DNA of 38,563 nt from Candidatus Woykebacteria bacterium RBG_13_40_15 (GCA_001816655.1 MHCP01000011.1:1-38563); one strand, 5' to 3'; shown: positions 1-10,688, counted from the first letter of the stretch. Notes: generated from the letters alone by a model not told the origin. A program made the numbers and translations.

Positions 1-1
1 C

Positions 2-3000
2 ACAGTCTGTCTCGAGAACCTCGCTAACTGCCTAGGCTCTGGTGACATCGAGGCCGTTGGTGATGTAACTAGCGGGGAGGCCTTCACAGATGCAGGCTCA
101 AATGGTACTTCCCTTTGGTTTAACAACTCTGGCTTCCAGGGACAACTAACGGTTGGTACTCTCTCTGACAGCAACAAGACCTACACTCTACCCAATCTTA
201 CTGGAGCAGTTGCACTTAGTGTTGGTTCACTCACAAATGGATCAGTCCTATTTGCAGAAAGTGGTCTGATTTCTCAAGATAACGCAACCTTTTATTGGAA
301 TAACTCAACTGATAGGCTTGGGATTGGGACGGATAACCCTGGGGCTAAACTGGATGTCCGGGGTAATGCGATATTTAATGAGGATAGCGGCGACTACGAT
401 TTCCGAGTCGAAGGTGATAATGAAGCCTATATGATTATGGTTGATGCTGGTACCGACACCTTAGGTCTAGGAGATAATGTACAAGCAGATACTAGATTAT
501 ATATTGGATTTGATACCTTAAGCGTTACTCAAGATGCAAGTAGCGAATTTGTTGATATAAATCCGGCTTTAACCGAAGCCGGTAGCGGCACCCACTCAAT
601 AATGGCGGGACTAAATATCCAAGCTCTCACTTTAAACGATGGTGCTGGAGATACGACTACTGCAACAACTCTTAGGGTAGCGGGCGCACCAAGCGGCGCT
701 ACAAATAATTACGCTCTGTGGATCGATGATGGGACTAGCCGGTTTGATAGCCTAGTACAACTTGGCGTGGATGAACCGGCTCTAACACCGAACATTGCTG
801 GGTCGCTAAGATTAATTTCCGCTGACGATAACGCCTACTCGACAACAATTACCGCAGATACCCAAACTCAAAACATCAATTATACGTTGCCACCAAATGA
901 TGGCAGCCCAAACCAAGTCTTACTCACCGATGGTTTCGGCGACCTTAGTTGGTCTACTGTAACTGGCGCTGGTGGTGTTGATATAAACGGCACTCCTACC
1001 ACGGGGCAGGCAACTTTCTGGTTTGACTCAAATACTATTGAAGGTGAGAATGCCTTCTTTTGGGGTAAGAATAATAATGTCTTAATTATTGGCGCTTCTT
1101 CACCTTCCGATGCAGCCGGCTCACATCTTCAAATCTTTGACAATTCCGGCACAGCGCAGCTTAATCTCCTTTATGACGGATCAAACAGCACTAGTTTCAC
1201 AGTTGATAGTTCTGGTAATTTAACGGTCAACGCTACTGGCACAAAAACAGTGATTTCTGATGACTTGCAAGTTTCGGGTAATGATATTCTAAATTCTGGA
1301 GGAAATTCTGCCATTGATGTCAATTCTCGAACTCTTCAAAACGGGGCTTGGACCGCCAATTCCACCGCCAATCCTGGATTTACCGTCGGCGATGGTTCAA
1401 CCGGCTACCTTAAGGTTGGCGGCTCAACTATATCTGACGCAGCAGGCAATCTCACACTAAACTCTGACACCACTATTTTAGCAATTAGCGACGCTACTAT
1501 TCGAGGGGTGGGAGCTTTGACAATAGAATCAACTACCAGCGACCTCACCCTCGATTCTGGCTCGAATATCGTCAAGATTGCCGATGCCACCTTACTAGGA
1601 AACGGCGCCTTGACGGTCTCTTCTGGAGGGAGTGGAAACCTTACTTTGGATTCTGCTTCAGATACGATAGTTATCGCTGCAACTGACACAACAATTCAAA
1701 GAGTAGCGGCTGGTACATTTACCATAGATCTAAATGACGCTAATACAACCTATTTTGACATTATCAACGGCGGTGCTGGTGTTGCTGATTTGAAAATAAA
1801 CGGCACGCCTCTAAGCGACACCGATGCAACCCCCGGTGCTGCGTTAGTCGGAACTTATGATGAGTTTACCAATTCTAATAGTGCTAATGTTCAAGATGTC
1901 TTGGATGACTTAGATGCCGCGATAACCAGCGGTGGTGGTAGCGCCATTTGGACTGATTCTACCCCAGGTACCGGTGCCGGTGTGATTTACCCAACCTACA
2001 ACACCGATGATCTAGCCATCGGTGGGACTATTGTAAATGCCTCTCCATTCGGCGTTGACGAATCTGAGAACACAATATATATCGGTGAGGGTTCAAATAG
2101 TAATGGAACTATCACTTTCAAAGCTTCCGATGGAGATACTGGTAACTTAGCCTACAACATTGACGATCGGTTTGCTTTTACTGGGGGCGGGGTCCTATTT
2201 GATTTTGGGGCGGCTGAACAATTTATCATTGACGCGACTGACCCGAATAGTAGCTTGGCAGGTGCGATAGTGGACATCGACGTTGATTCTCTCACCGATA
2301 GTGGCATTGGAATCGATCTCAATTATGAATCACTTCTTACTAATAATGCGGGTACAGAAATGCAGTACGCTCTTTCAGTCTCTCCGGTCCAAGGCTCTAC
2401 CGGTGCTAGCGGCACCCATGTACTTTACGGAATATATGTTCAAAACCTAGCCACCTCTGGCGTCCCTTCTGGCACCAACACAGAATATGGTATGCGTATT
2501 GGCACGGGCTACGATTACGGCTTGCAAATTGATGATGGGGTCACTACCGCACTTTTACTCGCTTCCAATGACGGCGACGCGGCTTCTGGGATTACGTTTG
2601 GAACTGGTGCAAACGCTGTCAATCTATATCGAAGTGCAAACAATACTTTACGTACTAATGGTAATTTAATTGTAGATTTGGACTTAACCGTTTCCGGCGG
2701 AGATATTATAGGAGCAAATAAAGCATCGATAGATTTGGGAGAAACAGCTGAGGGCCAAATCAGTTTCTTATCAAACAATGACATAGACAACTACATTTAT
2801 TTATTAACTGAAAGTGACCTTCCCCAGATTTTCTGGGAGGGCTCCGAAACAAATGATCCGGGAGTAAGAGTCAATTCCGACGGAAAACTAGAATACAGAG
2901 ATGACAACGATGCGTCCTGGACTACATTTGAAAGTATCAGCGTTGGTTCTGTCACCTTACAAACAGCCTACAATAATGACGCCGATAGCGCTACTGCTGA

Positions 3001-6000
3001 AATCCTGATGACTGCGAGTGATGGCTCAATCGTCTTTAAAACAATTGGAGGCGCCACCGACACCCAATTCCAAATCGCTGCTGCTTCAGCTCCAGAAATA
3101 GACCTTGTCAACATCACCAACACGGGCTTTGCTACAACGACTAATGGGGTAGATGGCCTGTCCATTGATTTTGTAACTGGCGATGGAGCAAGTGTCACCA
3201 ACAATGCTCTAAATATCGCTGTCACCTCTGGGGGAACAGCTAGCGGTGATATAGTAAACGGCATCAATTTATCACTTTCTGGAGCAGGTGGAACAGAAAC
3301 CGCTATCAATATTGGCTCTGGGTGGGATAAGGTTTTTGTTACAAACGCTGATCCGGTCGCAAGTGCAACAAGCAGCCTGATTGAACTTGGCGCTGCTCTT
3401 GTAGGAGGCTCTGCAAGCGGAACATATCTTGGAATAAACGCGGATGTGGGTTACGCTGGGGATTTCTTGAATTTTCAGGTCAATGGGACAACTAGCGCTA
3501 AATTAACAGCAAGCGGAGACTTGACTCTCGCTGGTGGCGATATCGTAGGAGCAGGCTCAACCGCAATTGATATCGGAGAGGCAACTGGCGGAGACATTAC
3601 TTTTAGCAATTCAGCTGCAGCTACGAACGATACCTTGGCTTTAAGACCTTACGCAGCAGGTGCAGCAACGTTCAAAGGAATTTTAACTTCAAACGACTTA
3701 ACAGCCGATAGAACCTGGGCCTTTCCGGATGCCACCGGGACTGTGGCTCTTAGTACCACTGACAAAAGAGTAGCGACCAAAATTGTCGCTGCGAGTAATT
3801 CCAGTAATCCAGATCAGGCCGATTTTAAAGCCGATGGTGCGGGAGGGACGGACGATGCAGTGACAATTGAAAATGCAATCGCTGCTCTTCCGGCCGGCGG
3901 CGGTGTTGTTTACTTACTTGAGGGAACCTACTATATTGGCGATGTTGCCAGCGATGGTGTAGACATCACCAAATCCAATGTTTCCATCATCGGCGTTGGA
4001 CAAGCCACCATCCTGCAAAGAGGTTGGGATGCCACATCAGACGACGGAGTAATCACCGTTGGTGACGGGGGATCAGCCACGGTTACTGGTGTTACTATCG
4101 CCAACCTTTCTATAAATGGGTGCAGGGCGGTCGCAGGTAGCTGCTCGGTAGCATATACCGGTAGTCAAAATTTTGGTATTTACTTTAATTATAAGGTCAC
4201 TTATTCAACTGTCCGTGAAACCTATCTTTATAGTAGCGACGGCGACACAATTTTCCTCCAAGGTAGTACTACTACCAACAATATTATTCAGGCTAATAGC
4301 TTCAATAGTAATAATGGTGATAATATTGTTTTAATGCTCGCCGTAAAAAACAACGTGCTTGGAAACAACATCTCAAACGGCCCCTGTATATTTCTCTCAA
4401 CCAGCGCGAATAACAACACTATATCGGACAACTACTGCCAATCGGGCTCAAATGGTATCGAAATTTCCGCGAGCAGTAATAATACGATCAGCGGCAATGT
4501 AATCCAATCAACCCTTGCATCTGGAATTGCTAGTATTTACTTATTTGGCGCCAGCAACAATACAGTTACCGCTAACACTATCTCCTCGGCTGGAGACGTT
4601 GGAATTAGTATCGAAGGTTCGAGTAATAACAATATTATTACTGCCAATGTCATAAATGAGGTGGGATCCGATCCTGATGATGGTATATTTATGGTAGATT
4701 CTGACAATAACGTTATTTCGTCCAATCGACTTTTAGACGCAAGTAGCAGCCGCTACGGTATCAACATCTCCAACTCCACCTCTAATTACAATCACCTTAT
4801 AGCCAACGAGATTACTGGATCGGGTTTTGCTTCAGGAAAAATTAACGATGCCGGCACCGGCACCACCATTCAACAACGGGATCAGTTTGAGATTGAATCG
4901 ACAAGGACTTTGGGGACCCTACTTTCCTTCGGCATTCCCCAAAGCACTACTTTGATAGGAGCGCTGACTGGTACCGATATCAACTTGTTCAACAGTCTCA
5001 TAGCCACCAATCAGAGTGTAACCGGCCAATATATTCGTCTCCCCACTGTAACCAATACCGGCACAGGTACTTATAATTATGCGGGTTTGAGTATACCTGA
5101 CATTGTGGGGGGCTTGACCCAAAATAATGCTGCTGGAACAACCAACTTCTACGGCCTTGATCTTGACATCCCGGCTATCACTGAAACAAGTGGTACTATC
5201 AACGCCTATGGGATTGATATCTCAGCTGGGGCGGCGGGAGCGGGAAGCACTTTGCGGGCCTTAAACATTGGCAACGCTAGCGGCGCCAGCACAGATAAAA
5301 CCGCCATCAACATTGGCTCTGGGTGGGATACTGGAGTTTCAATCGCTGAAATAGCAGGAGCTGGCAGTGGTATTGCTATCACCGGCACTGGAGCAAGAAC
5401 CGGTAATTTAATTGATCTTACCACTGACGAGACTGGAGATGGTGATCTAATAGATATTAATGTTAATGGAGCCAAAGCAGCAGGCGGCAACATCATTGAA
5501 ATTGAAACTAATGCTGCTGTTGCCAGTGACATCATCAGCATTACTACTAAAGCAGCCGCTACCTCTGGAAACCTAATCGACCTTAACATAGGTACTGTTG
5601 CTGACAGCGGTGATGCCTTCAATCTAACCATTGGTTCCTTAGCCACCGCCGCCCAAGCATTGGTAGTTTCCAACGCTGCTGCTTCCTCCACAGCAGGATG
5701 GCTCATGGATGTTGACACCTCGGCGGCTTGGACGCAGCCTGCTATTGACGTCGATCTTAACACGGCAATTTCAACAGGTAACTTCCTTGACATAACCTAC
5801 AACAACGTTGCTCACACTGGAAATGCGATTGACCTAAACATGGGAACTAACGTTGCCGGAAATGCGATTGACATATCAATCGCTGGATCCCAAAATGCCA
5901 TCCTGGCCATCTTAGGTGCCATTTCTAGCGGGACTGCCAATGGGCTGAATGTTACTCCCCCAGACATCACCACTGCTGGTGGAACAATCAACGGAATTAA

Positions 6001-9000
6001 TATTGGCAGCATCACCACTTCAGGTGGGGCTGACACGGCTATCAATATTGGCTCTGGGTGGGATGCTTCGATTGGAATTGTTGATAATGTGGCTAACGCA
6101 TTTACCATAAAACAAGGATCAAATTCTTACTTTGACATTAGTACTACTGACCTGACCCCTTCCCTCACCCTAGACGTTCCGGTTCAAGGAGGTACTTCAA
6201 CTAATTTGAATATCGGCAACAATACTGGCAATACTGCGGTAAACCTAAAAGCCGGGACCGGCAACGTAAATGTCACCGGCAACCTCCAAGCCCTGGCTTC
6301 CACAAACTTCAATACTCAATTGGTTGGTGGAGCAGAGTTAGGCGTGTCTGGTGCTAAGGTTTATGTTTCTGGCCGATACGCTTACGAGGTTCAGGATAGT
6401 GATGGTGGTGCCGGATATGAATTCAGAATTTACGATGTTTCCAATCCTGCTTCGCCAACAGCGGTTGGTGGAACCAATTTGGGTTACCTTGCCCAAGGTC
6501 TCCACGTCTCTGGCCGGTATGCTTATGTGACTAATAATTCCGATGACAGTACCGGAAATGAATTTCGCATCTTTGATGTCTCCAATCCCTCTTCTCCTAC
6601 CGAAGTCGGCGGATATAACTTGGGTGCCCACGGCTGGGGAGTATTTGTTTCGGGCCGATACGCTTACGTGGCTAGAGACAGTGCCGCAGGCAATGATCTC
6701 ATTATCTTCGATGTTTCCAACCCAGCTTCTCCAAATCCGGTTGGTGGTGTAGATTTAGGCCAAGGTGCGCCTAAGGTGTATGTTTCTGGGAGATATGCCT
6801 ATGTGGTTAAGGGTTCTAGTGTTGGTACCTGCTCCGGTGCCGATCAAACCGGCTGTGAATTTGTCATTTATGACGTTTCTAATCCCACCTCGCCAACAAC
6901 GGCTGGTTGGTATGATCTTGGAATGACTACGGGGTATGCCTGGGATGTGTATGTTTCTGGGAGATATGCCTATGTGGTTAAGGCAAACAATGGCATTGCC
7001 AACGATTTTCTCATCTTCGATGTCTCCAACCCTACCTCCCCAACAGTAGCTGGTGGAGTAAATCTAGGTTATAACGGCTATGCTGTATATGTGTCAGGCA
7101 GATACGCTTATGTAGTTCAAAGCACCGATAGCGGTACCGGCAATGAACTTCGCGTCTTCGATGTCTCCAATCCAGCCTCCCTTAGCGAAGTCGGGGGGTA
7201 TAATCTAGGTGTTGACGGCTGGGGAGTGTTTGTTTCGGGCCGATACGCTTACGTTTCTAGAGATACTAGCGGTAGCGATGAGTTACTCGTCCTTGACGTT
7301 ACCGGCATTGAAACCACCTCCCTTCTTGCCCATGCTTTTGAGGCCGGGAATGGCCAATTTCGCGATGATCTAATTATCGGCAATCAGCTCCAGGTGACTG
7401 GCGGCGCGGTGATCGGCACCGATGGTCTCCTCTCCAACGGCCCAGTCGGGATAAGCGCTATAAACACCGCTAACTCTGGTTTAGACGCCTTAACTCTCTC
7501 GGGAACTTTGGCAGCCTTTAACGGCTCCGATACCTTCCGCGGTCTTTATCTAAATTACATCAATACTGCCTCTCATACTGGTTCAAATACAATAAACCTT
7601 TTCGATATTGCAAATATTGCTGGCCAGGCTAACGCTACTCTTAACGCAATAAACATTGGGCAGCTCACCTCTAACACCGCCGCTGCCGAAACCGCCATCA
7701 ACATCGGCAGTGGGTGGGACATGGCTATAAATCTGGCGGATAGCTCTTCAATTGGCCTTGGAGCAAGCGCTGGAAGGCTAGCCTTTGCCTTAAATGGGGC
7801 TAGTGCTGACACAGTCACCCTCAATAGCGCCAACTTTGTTGTCCAAAATGATCTTTTGGTTAATCTCTCGGCGATTGACCACGGCGACAGCGCTCCCCAA
7901 GGACTCAAACTTCCTCAAGCAAATACACTTACAGCGATTTCCGGCGGCGGTGAGGGTTACATTGCCTACGACCTTGACGGTAATAATCTCAGTTACTTTG
8001 ATGGTTCAAGTTGGTTAGCCGTAGGCACTTCGAATTGGACCGATGGCGGCACTTATCTTTACCCTAATAATTATGAGTCGGTCCGAGTTGGTAGCGACGC
8101 TACCCATTACATTGACATTGCCCACGACGGAACCGACGCCACCCTCTCTTTTGCCCTTACGAATGCTTTGAATATAAACATTGGGACAATTGATCTTTCC
8201 GCCCAAACAGTTGATGTTACCTTAAACGCGGCCGCTGATGCCCTAAACTTCGACTCTAACACCCTCTCTATAGACGCTTCAAACAACCGAGTTGGAATCG
8301 GACTCAACAATCCAAGTGCTGTTCTAGATGTAACAAACAGCAACACAACTAATCTTTTATCGCTTTCTACCACAGGAGCGGTTACAACTCCTACTGCCCT
8401 TGCAATCTCTGCTACCAGTGGTTCAGGTATAATAACCAACGCGATCGACGTTTCAGATACAGAAATTGTTAACGCTATAAACCTAGGGGAAAATAACATA
8501 TTAATGACCGATTCTGGAACGGTCAATTGGAGAGATGGCACATACAATCTTTTTACCTTTAAGGATTTTTCTACTCAATTTGGTGGGGCTGCTTTGGCAG
8601 GCGCCTGGATAGATAAGAATTCTTATTTTGGTGAAGAGTTTACCAGAGAAAGGGCGCAAGTAAGTATTACAGGTAACTTTACCTTTGGGGATACAACTGC
8701 CTGGGGTTCTTCCGAAGTCGGTGTGTGTACCTGGGACATTCAAGATAATACAGCAAACGGAATTCTCCAGCAGACTTTTAGTGGTGGCACAGCCTGCCTA
8801 CTTTATCTTGGCGATGATGCAGGAACAGCAAGTCTAATCTTTAACGCTAGCAACAGACCTATAATTCAAATGAAGGTAAAGCCTAGTGGGTCGGGCGCTG
8901 CTTATGACTTTTGGGTAGGTCTTGGTGATTCAAATTCAGCCACCACCACTCCGCCGACAAATGGAATATATTTCACGAATAACGATAGCGGTTACTGGAC

Positions 9001-10276
9001 TGGGGTAACCAAAGTCGGAGCCAACTCAACTGTTAAAACTTGTAGCTCAACTATATCCACGACCACATTTGCCTATCTTAGAATCGAAGTAAGAAGTACT
9101 ACTGATGTTCGTTTCTTTGTTGATTCCAATGTTGGTGATGGCATAGTTGAAGAAGAATGTGGAACTAGCACAACCTATATCTATACAGCAGGCGGTTTGG
9201 CAGGAAATATTATGCATGCCTTTGTGGGAAATCTCTATGTTGATTATTTCCGAGTCTGGCAAGATGATTCCATCCCAATAGATTCGGATAGCGAAGAAGG
9301 GCTAGGCTCTAGTGACAGCACCGAAATTATTACTCCAACTTCCGGACATGACATTGCCGGCAGATATTCAGCGGCTGACGCTACAAGTCTATCCGCGGCT
9401 GATTTGGTCAGTTTAGACACAAGCGGAAAGGCTATACTTTCTGGTCAATCGTACGATCCTAATATTCTAGGGGTAATTTCCACTTCGCCGAACCAAATCC
9501 TTGGTTATGATGGCGATTGGACAACCGTAGAAGTATCTCTAACCGGTCACACTCCTATTAAAGTCTCAACGGAAAATGGGGCGATACAGCCTGGAGACCC
9601 ACTCACTAGCTCCTCTACTCCCGGTGTGGCAATGAAAGCCACGCAAAGCGGGCCGATTGTTGGAAAGGCGCTTGAGCCATTTGATGGCTCAGTATCAAGT
9701 ATCACGTATCAAGTATCAGGTGAAGAGTTTGCCGGAGGCAAGATTATGGTGTTTGTGAGCGTGGGATGGTACGTTGCCCCGCTTGGCGATAATCCGCCGG
9801 CTGGCGAAGGTAACTTCACTAGTATCGACGTGGGGACTTTGACGGCTGGAACGATAAATAGCCAAGTGCTTTTTGTCGGCGATCGTAAGCTTAGCATGGC
9901 TGCCACTGGCGCACTAATAGTCGATGGTGAAATGAATATCCTTGGCGACCTCTCGGTTGGAGGCGACCTAAAAGTAGCAGGAGCGATAGATACGAAAGAA
10001 TTGACTACGGAAAAGCTAAATATTGCTACTCCTTCTGCTGAACCTGGCGAAATTTCTAAAGCATCGACTGGAATTGAAATCTTAAAAGCTGGTGAAAATG
10101 TTGTTACTATTAAAACTTCCGCAGTAACAAGCGATTCTTTGATATTTGTCACTCCTACTACTGTGACTGATAAAGTACTTTCTGTAACTAAAAAGATAAC
10201 TGGAGATAGCTTTGAGGTAAAGATATTGAATCCATCGGACCAAGATATACAGTTTAATTGGTGGATTGTGAATTAG
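2..10276 (+). CDS. Giant surface/fibre-like protein, 5'-truncated (>3400 aa): beta-rich fibre repeats, right-handed beta-helix (~3770-4870), LVIVD repeats (~6310-7300), peptidase-G2/IMC-like domain and conserved FNWWIVN tail
   Basis: The frame of ORF 431..10276 is open back to base 2 (TVCLENLANCLGSGDIEAVG...RLGIGTDNPGAKLDVRG), so the true start is upstream of the window. Motifs: AIAALPAGGGVVYLLEGTY followed by NNTISGN-type repeats; six VxVSGRYAY[VE]..(F/L)DV repeats; LGVISTSP..ENGAIQPGDPLTSSSTPGVAMKA. Confidence 0.9.
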   Translation, partial: TVCLENLANCLGSGDIEAVGDVTSGEAFTDAGSNGTSLWFNNSGFQGQLTVGTLSDSNKTYTLPNLTGAVALSVGSLTNGSVLFAESGLISQDNATFYWNNSTDRLGIGTDNPGAKLDVRGNAIFNEDSGDYDFRVEGDNEAYMIMVDAGTDTLGLGDNVQADTRLYIGFDTLSVTQDASSEFVDINPALTEAGSGTHSIMAGLNIQALTLNDGAGDTTTATTLRVAGAPSGATNNYALWIDDGTSRFDSLVQLGVDEPALTPNIAGSLRLISADDNAYSTTITADTQTQNINYTLPPNDGSPNQVLLTDGFGDLSWSTVTGAGGVDINGTPTTGQATFWFDSNTIEGENAFFWGKNNNVLIIGASSPSDAAGSHLQIFDNSGTAQLNLLYDGSNSTSFTVDSSGNLTVNATGTKTVISDDLQVSGNDILNSGGNSAIDVNSRTLQNGAWTANSTANPGFTVGDGSTGYLKVGGSTISDAAGNLTLNSDTTILAISDATIRGVGALTIESTTSDLTLDSGSNIVKIADATLLGNGALTVSSGGSGNLTLDSASDTIVIAATDTTIQRVAAGTFTIDLNDANTTYFDIINGGAGVADLKINGTPLSDTDATPGAALVGTYDEFTNSNSANVQDVLDDLDAAITSGGGSAIWTDSTPGTGAGVIYPTYNTDDLAIGGTIVNASPFGVDESENTIYIGEGSNSNGTITFKASDGDTGNLAYNIDDRFAFTGGGVLFDFGAAEQFIIDATDPNSSLAGAIVDIDVDSLTDSGIGIDLNYESLLTNNAGTEMQYALSVSPVQGSTGASGTHVLYGIYVQNLATSGVPSGTNTEYGMRIGTGYDYGLQIDDGVTTALLLASNDGDAASGITFGTGANAVNLYRSANNTLRTNGNLIVDLDLTVSGGDIIGANKASIDLGETAEGQISFLSNNDIDNYIYLLTESDLPQIFWEGSETNDPGVRVNSDGKLEYRDDNDASWTTFESISVGSVTLQTAYNNDADSATAEILMTASDGSIVFKTIGGATDTQFQIAAASAPEIDLVNITNTGFATTTNGVDGLSIDFVTGDGASVTNNALNIAVTSGGTASGDIVNGINLSLSGAGGTETAINIGSGWDKVFVTNADPVASATSSLIELGAALVGGSASGTYLGINADVGYAGDFLNFQVNGTTSAKLTASGDLTLAGGDIVGAGSTAIDIGEATGGDITFSNSAAATNDTLALRPYAAGAATFKGILTSNDLTADRTWAFPDATGTVALSTTDKRVATKIVAASNSSNPDQADFKADGAGGTDDAVTIENAIAALPAGGGVVYLLEGTYYIGDVASDGVDITKSNVSIIGVGQATILQRGWDATSDDGVITVGDGGSATVTGVTIANLSINGCRAVAGSCSVAYTGSQNFGIYFNYKVTYSTVRETYLYSSDGDTIFLQGSTTTNNIIQANSFNSNNGDNIVLMLAVKNNVLGNNISNGPCIFLSTSANNNTISDNYCQSGSNGIEISASSNNTISGNVIQSTLASGIASIYLFGASNNTVTANTISSAGDVGISIEGSSNNNIITANVINEVGSDPDDGIFMVDSDNNVISSNRLLDASSSRYGINISNSTSNYNHLIANEITGSGFASGKINDAGTGTTIQQRDQFEIESTRTLGTLLSFGIPQSTTLIGALTGTDINLFNSLIATNQSVTGQYIRLPTVTNTGTGTYNYAGLSIPDIVGGLTQNNAAGTTNFYGLDLDIPAITETSGTINAYGIDISAGAAGAGSTLRALNIGNASGASTDKTAINIGSGWDTGVSIAEIAGAGSGIAITGTGARTGNLIDLTTDETGDGDLIDINVNGAKAAGGNIIEIETNAAVASDIISITTKAAATSGNLIDLNIGTVADSGDAFNLTIGSLATAAQALVVSNAAASSTAGWLMDVDTSAAWTQPAIDVDLNTAISTGNFLDITYNNVAHTGNAIDLNMGTNVAGNAIDISIAGSQNAILAILGAISSGTANGLNVTPPDITTAGGTINGINIGSITTSGGADTAINIGSGWDASIGIVDNVANAFTIKQGSNSYFDISTTDLTPSLTLDVPVQGGTSTNLNIGNNTGNTAVNLKAGTGNVNVTGNLQALASTNFNTQLVGGAELGVSGAKVYVSGRYAYEVQDSDGGAGYEFRIYDVSNPASPTAVGGTNLGYLAQGLHVSGRYAYVTNNSDDSTGNEFRIFDVSNPSSPTEVGGYNLGAHGWGVFVSGRYAYVARDSAAGNDLIIFDVSNPASPNPVGGVDLGQGAPKVYVSGRYAYVVKGSSVGTCSGADQTGCEFVIYDVSNPTSPTTAGWYDLGMTTGYAWDVYVSGRYAYVVKANNGIANDFLIFDVSNPTSPTVAGGVNLGYNGYAVYVSGRYAYVVQSTDSGTGNELRVFDVSNPASLSEVGGYNLGVDGWGVFVSGRYAYVSRDTSGSDELLVLDVTGIETTSLLAHAFEAGNGQFRDDLIIGNQLQVTGGAVIGTDGLLSNGPVGISAINTANSGLDALTLSGTLAAFNGSDTFRGLYLNYINTASHTGSNTINLFDIANIAGQANATLNAINIGQLTSNTAAAETAINIGSGWDMAINLADSSSIGLGASAGRLAFALNGASADTVTLNSANFVVQNDLLVNLSAIDHGDSAPQGLKLPQANTLTAISGGGEGYIAYDLDGNNLSYFDGSSWLAVGTSNWTDGGTYLYPNNYESVRVGSDATHYIDIAHDGTDATLSFALTNALNINIGTIDLSAQTVDVTLNAAADALNFDSNTLSIDASNNRVGIGLNNPSAVLDVTNSNTTNLLSLSTTGAVTTPTALAISATSGSGIITNAIDVSDTEIVNAINLGENNILMTDSGTVNWRDGTYNLFTFKDFSTQFGGAALAGAWIDKNSYFGEEFTRERAQVSITGNFTFGDTTAWGSSEVGVCTWDIQDNTANGILQQTFSGGTACLLYLGDDAGTASLIFNASNRPIIQMKVKPSGSGAAYDFWVGLGDSNSATTTPPTNGIYFTNNDSGYWTGVTKVGANSTVKTCSSTISTTTFAYLRIEVRSTTDVRFFVDSNVGDGIVEEECGTSTTYIYTAGGLAGNIMHAFVGNLYVDYFRVWQDDSIPIDSDSEEGLGSSDSTEIITPTSGHDIAGRYSAADATSLSAADLVSLDTSGKAILSGQSYDPNILGVISTSPNQILGYDGDWTTVEVSLTGHTPIKVSTENGAIQPGDPLTSSSTPGVAMKATQSGPIVGKALEPFDGSVSSITYQVSGEEFAGGKIMVFVSVGWYVAPLGDNPPAGEGNFTSIDVGTLTAGTINSQVLFVGDRKLSMAATGALIVDGEMNILGDLSVGGDLKVAGAIDTKELTTEKLNIATPSAEPGEISKASTGIEILKAGENVVTIKTSAVTSDSLIFVTPTTVTDKVLSVTKKITGDSFEVKILNPSDQDIQFNWWIVN

Positions 10277-10304
10277 TTAAAAGTTCAAAGTGCAAAGTTA
10301 AAAG
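10277..10304. repeat. Heptamer array, left arm of four-helix-bundle cassette 1
   Basis: TTAAAAG TTCAAAG TGCAAAG TTAAAAG fills the gap between the giant-gene stop codon and the next ATG. Confidence 0.8.
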
Positions 10305-10307
10305 TCT

Positions 10308-10688
10308 ATGAGAGCTAATAATAATGAAGATTTTAGAAGAAAACTAATAAGTAGGACTTTTGTTTTAGCTAAGAAAGTAATTCACTTAGTAGATAAATCC
10401 CCTAACAAGAGGTCCGCTTGGGTAATTTCCGACCAATTAATAAGGGCCACAACAAGTATTGGAGCAAATATCATCGAGGCGCAAGCGGCAAGCAGCAAAA
10501 AGGATTTTATTAACTTTTTGAATCATGCTCTGAAAAGCGGAAACGAAACAAAATTTTGGTTATCTCTAGCAAAAGAAATCATGCCAGAAACTGCTGATCA
10601 AATCAGCGATCTTCTAAAAGAGGTGGGAGAGTTAACTAAAATTCTCGGATCAAGCATTTCGACACTTAAAGGAAAGAACAAACTTTGA
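10308..10688 (+). CDS. Four-helix-bundle protein (TIGR02436 / 23S rRNA IVS-protein family, Avd-like fold)
   Basis: 126 aa with DQLIRATTSIGANIIEAQAASSKKDFINFLNHALKSGNETKFWL, the characteristic family motif. Confidence 0.9.
   Translation: MRANNNEDFRRKLISRTFVLAKKVIHLVDKSPNKRSAWVISDQLIRATTSIGANIIEAQAASSKKDFINFLNHALKSGNETKFWLSLAKEIMPETADQISDLLKEVGELTKILGSSISTLKGKNKL

Noticed and set aside
1405-10152. Many antisense and alternate-frame ORFs within the giant genes (also 18865-22674, 33572-35249 and others)
   Set aside because: Shadow ORFs caused by codon bias of long real genes; no recognisable motifs.
10308-10688. rRNA gene with an intervening sequence
   Set aside because: No rRNA sequence flanks either four-helix-bundle gene.
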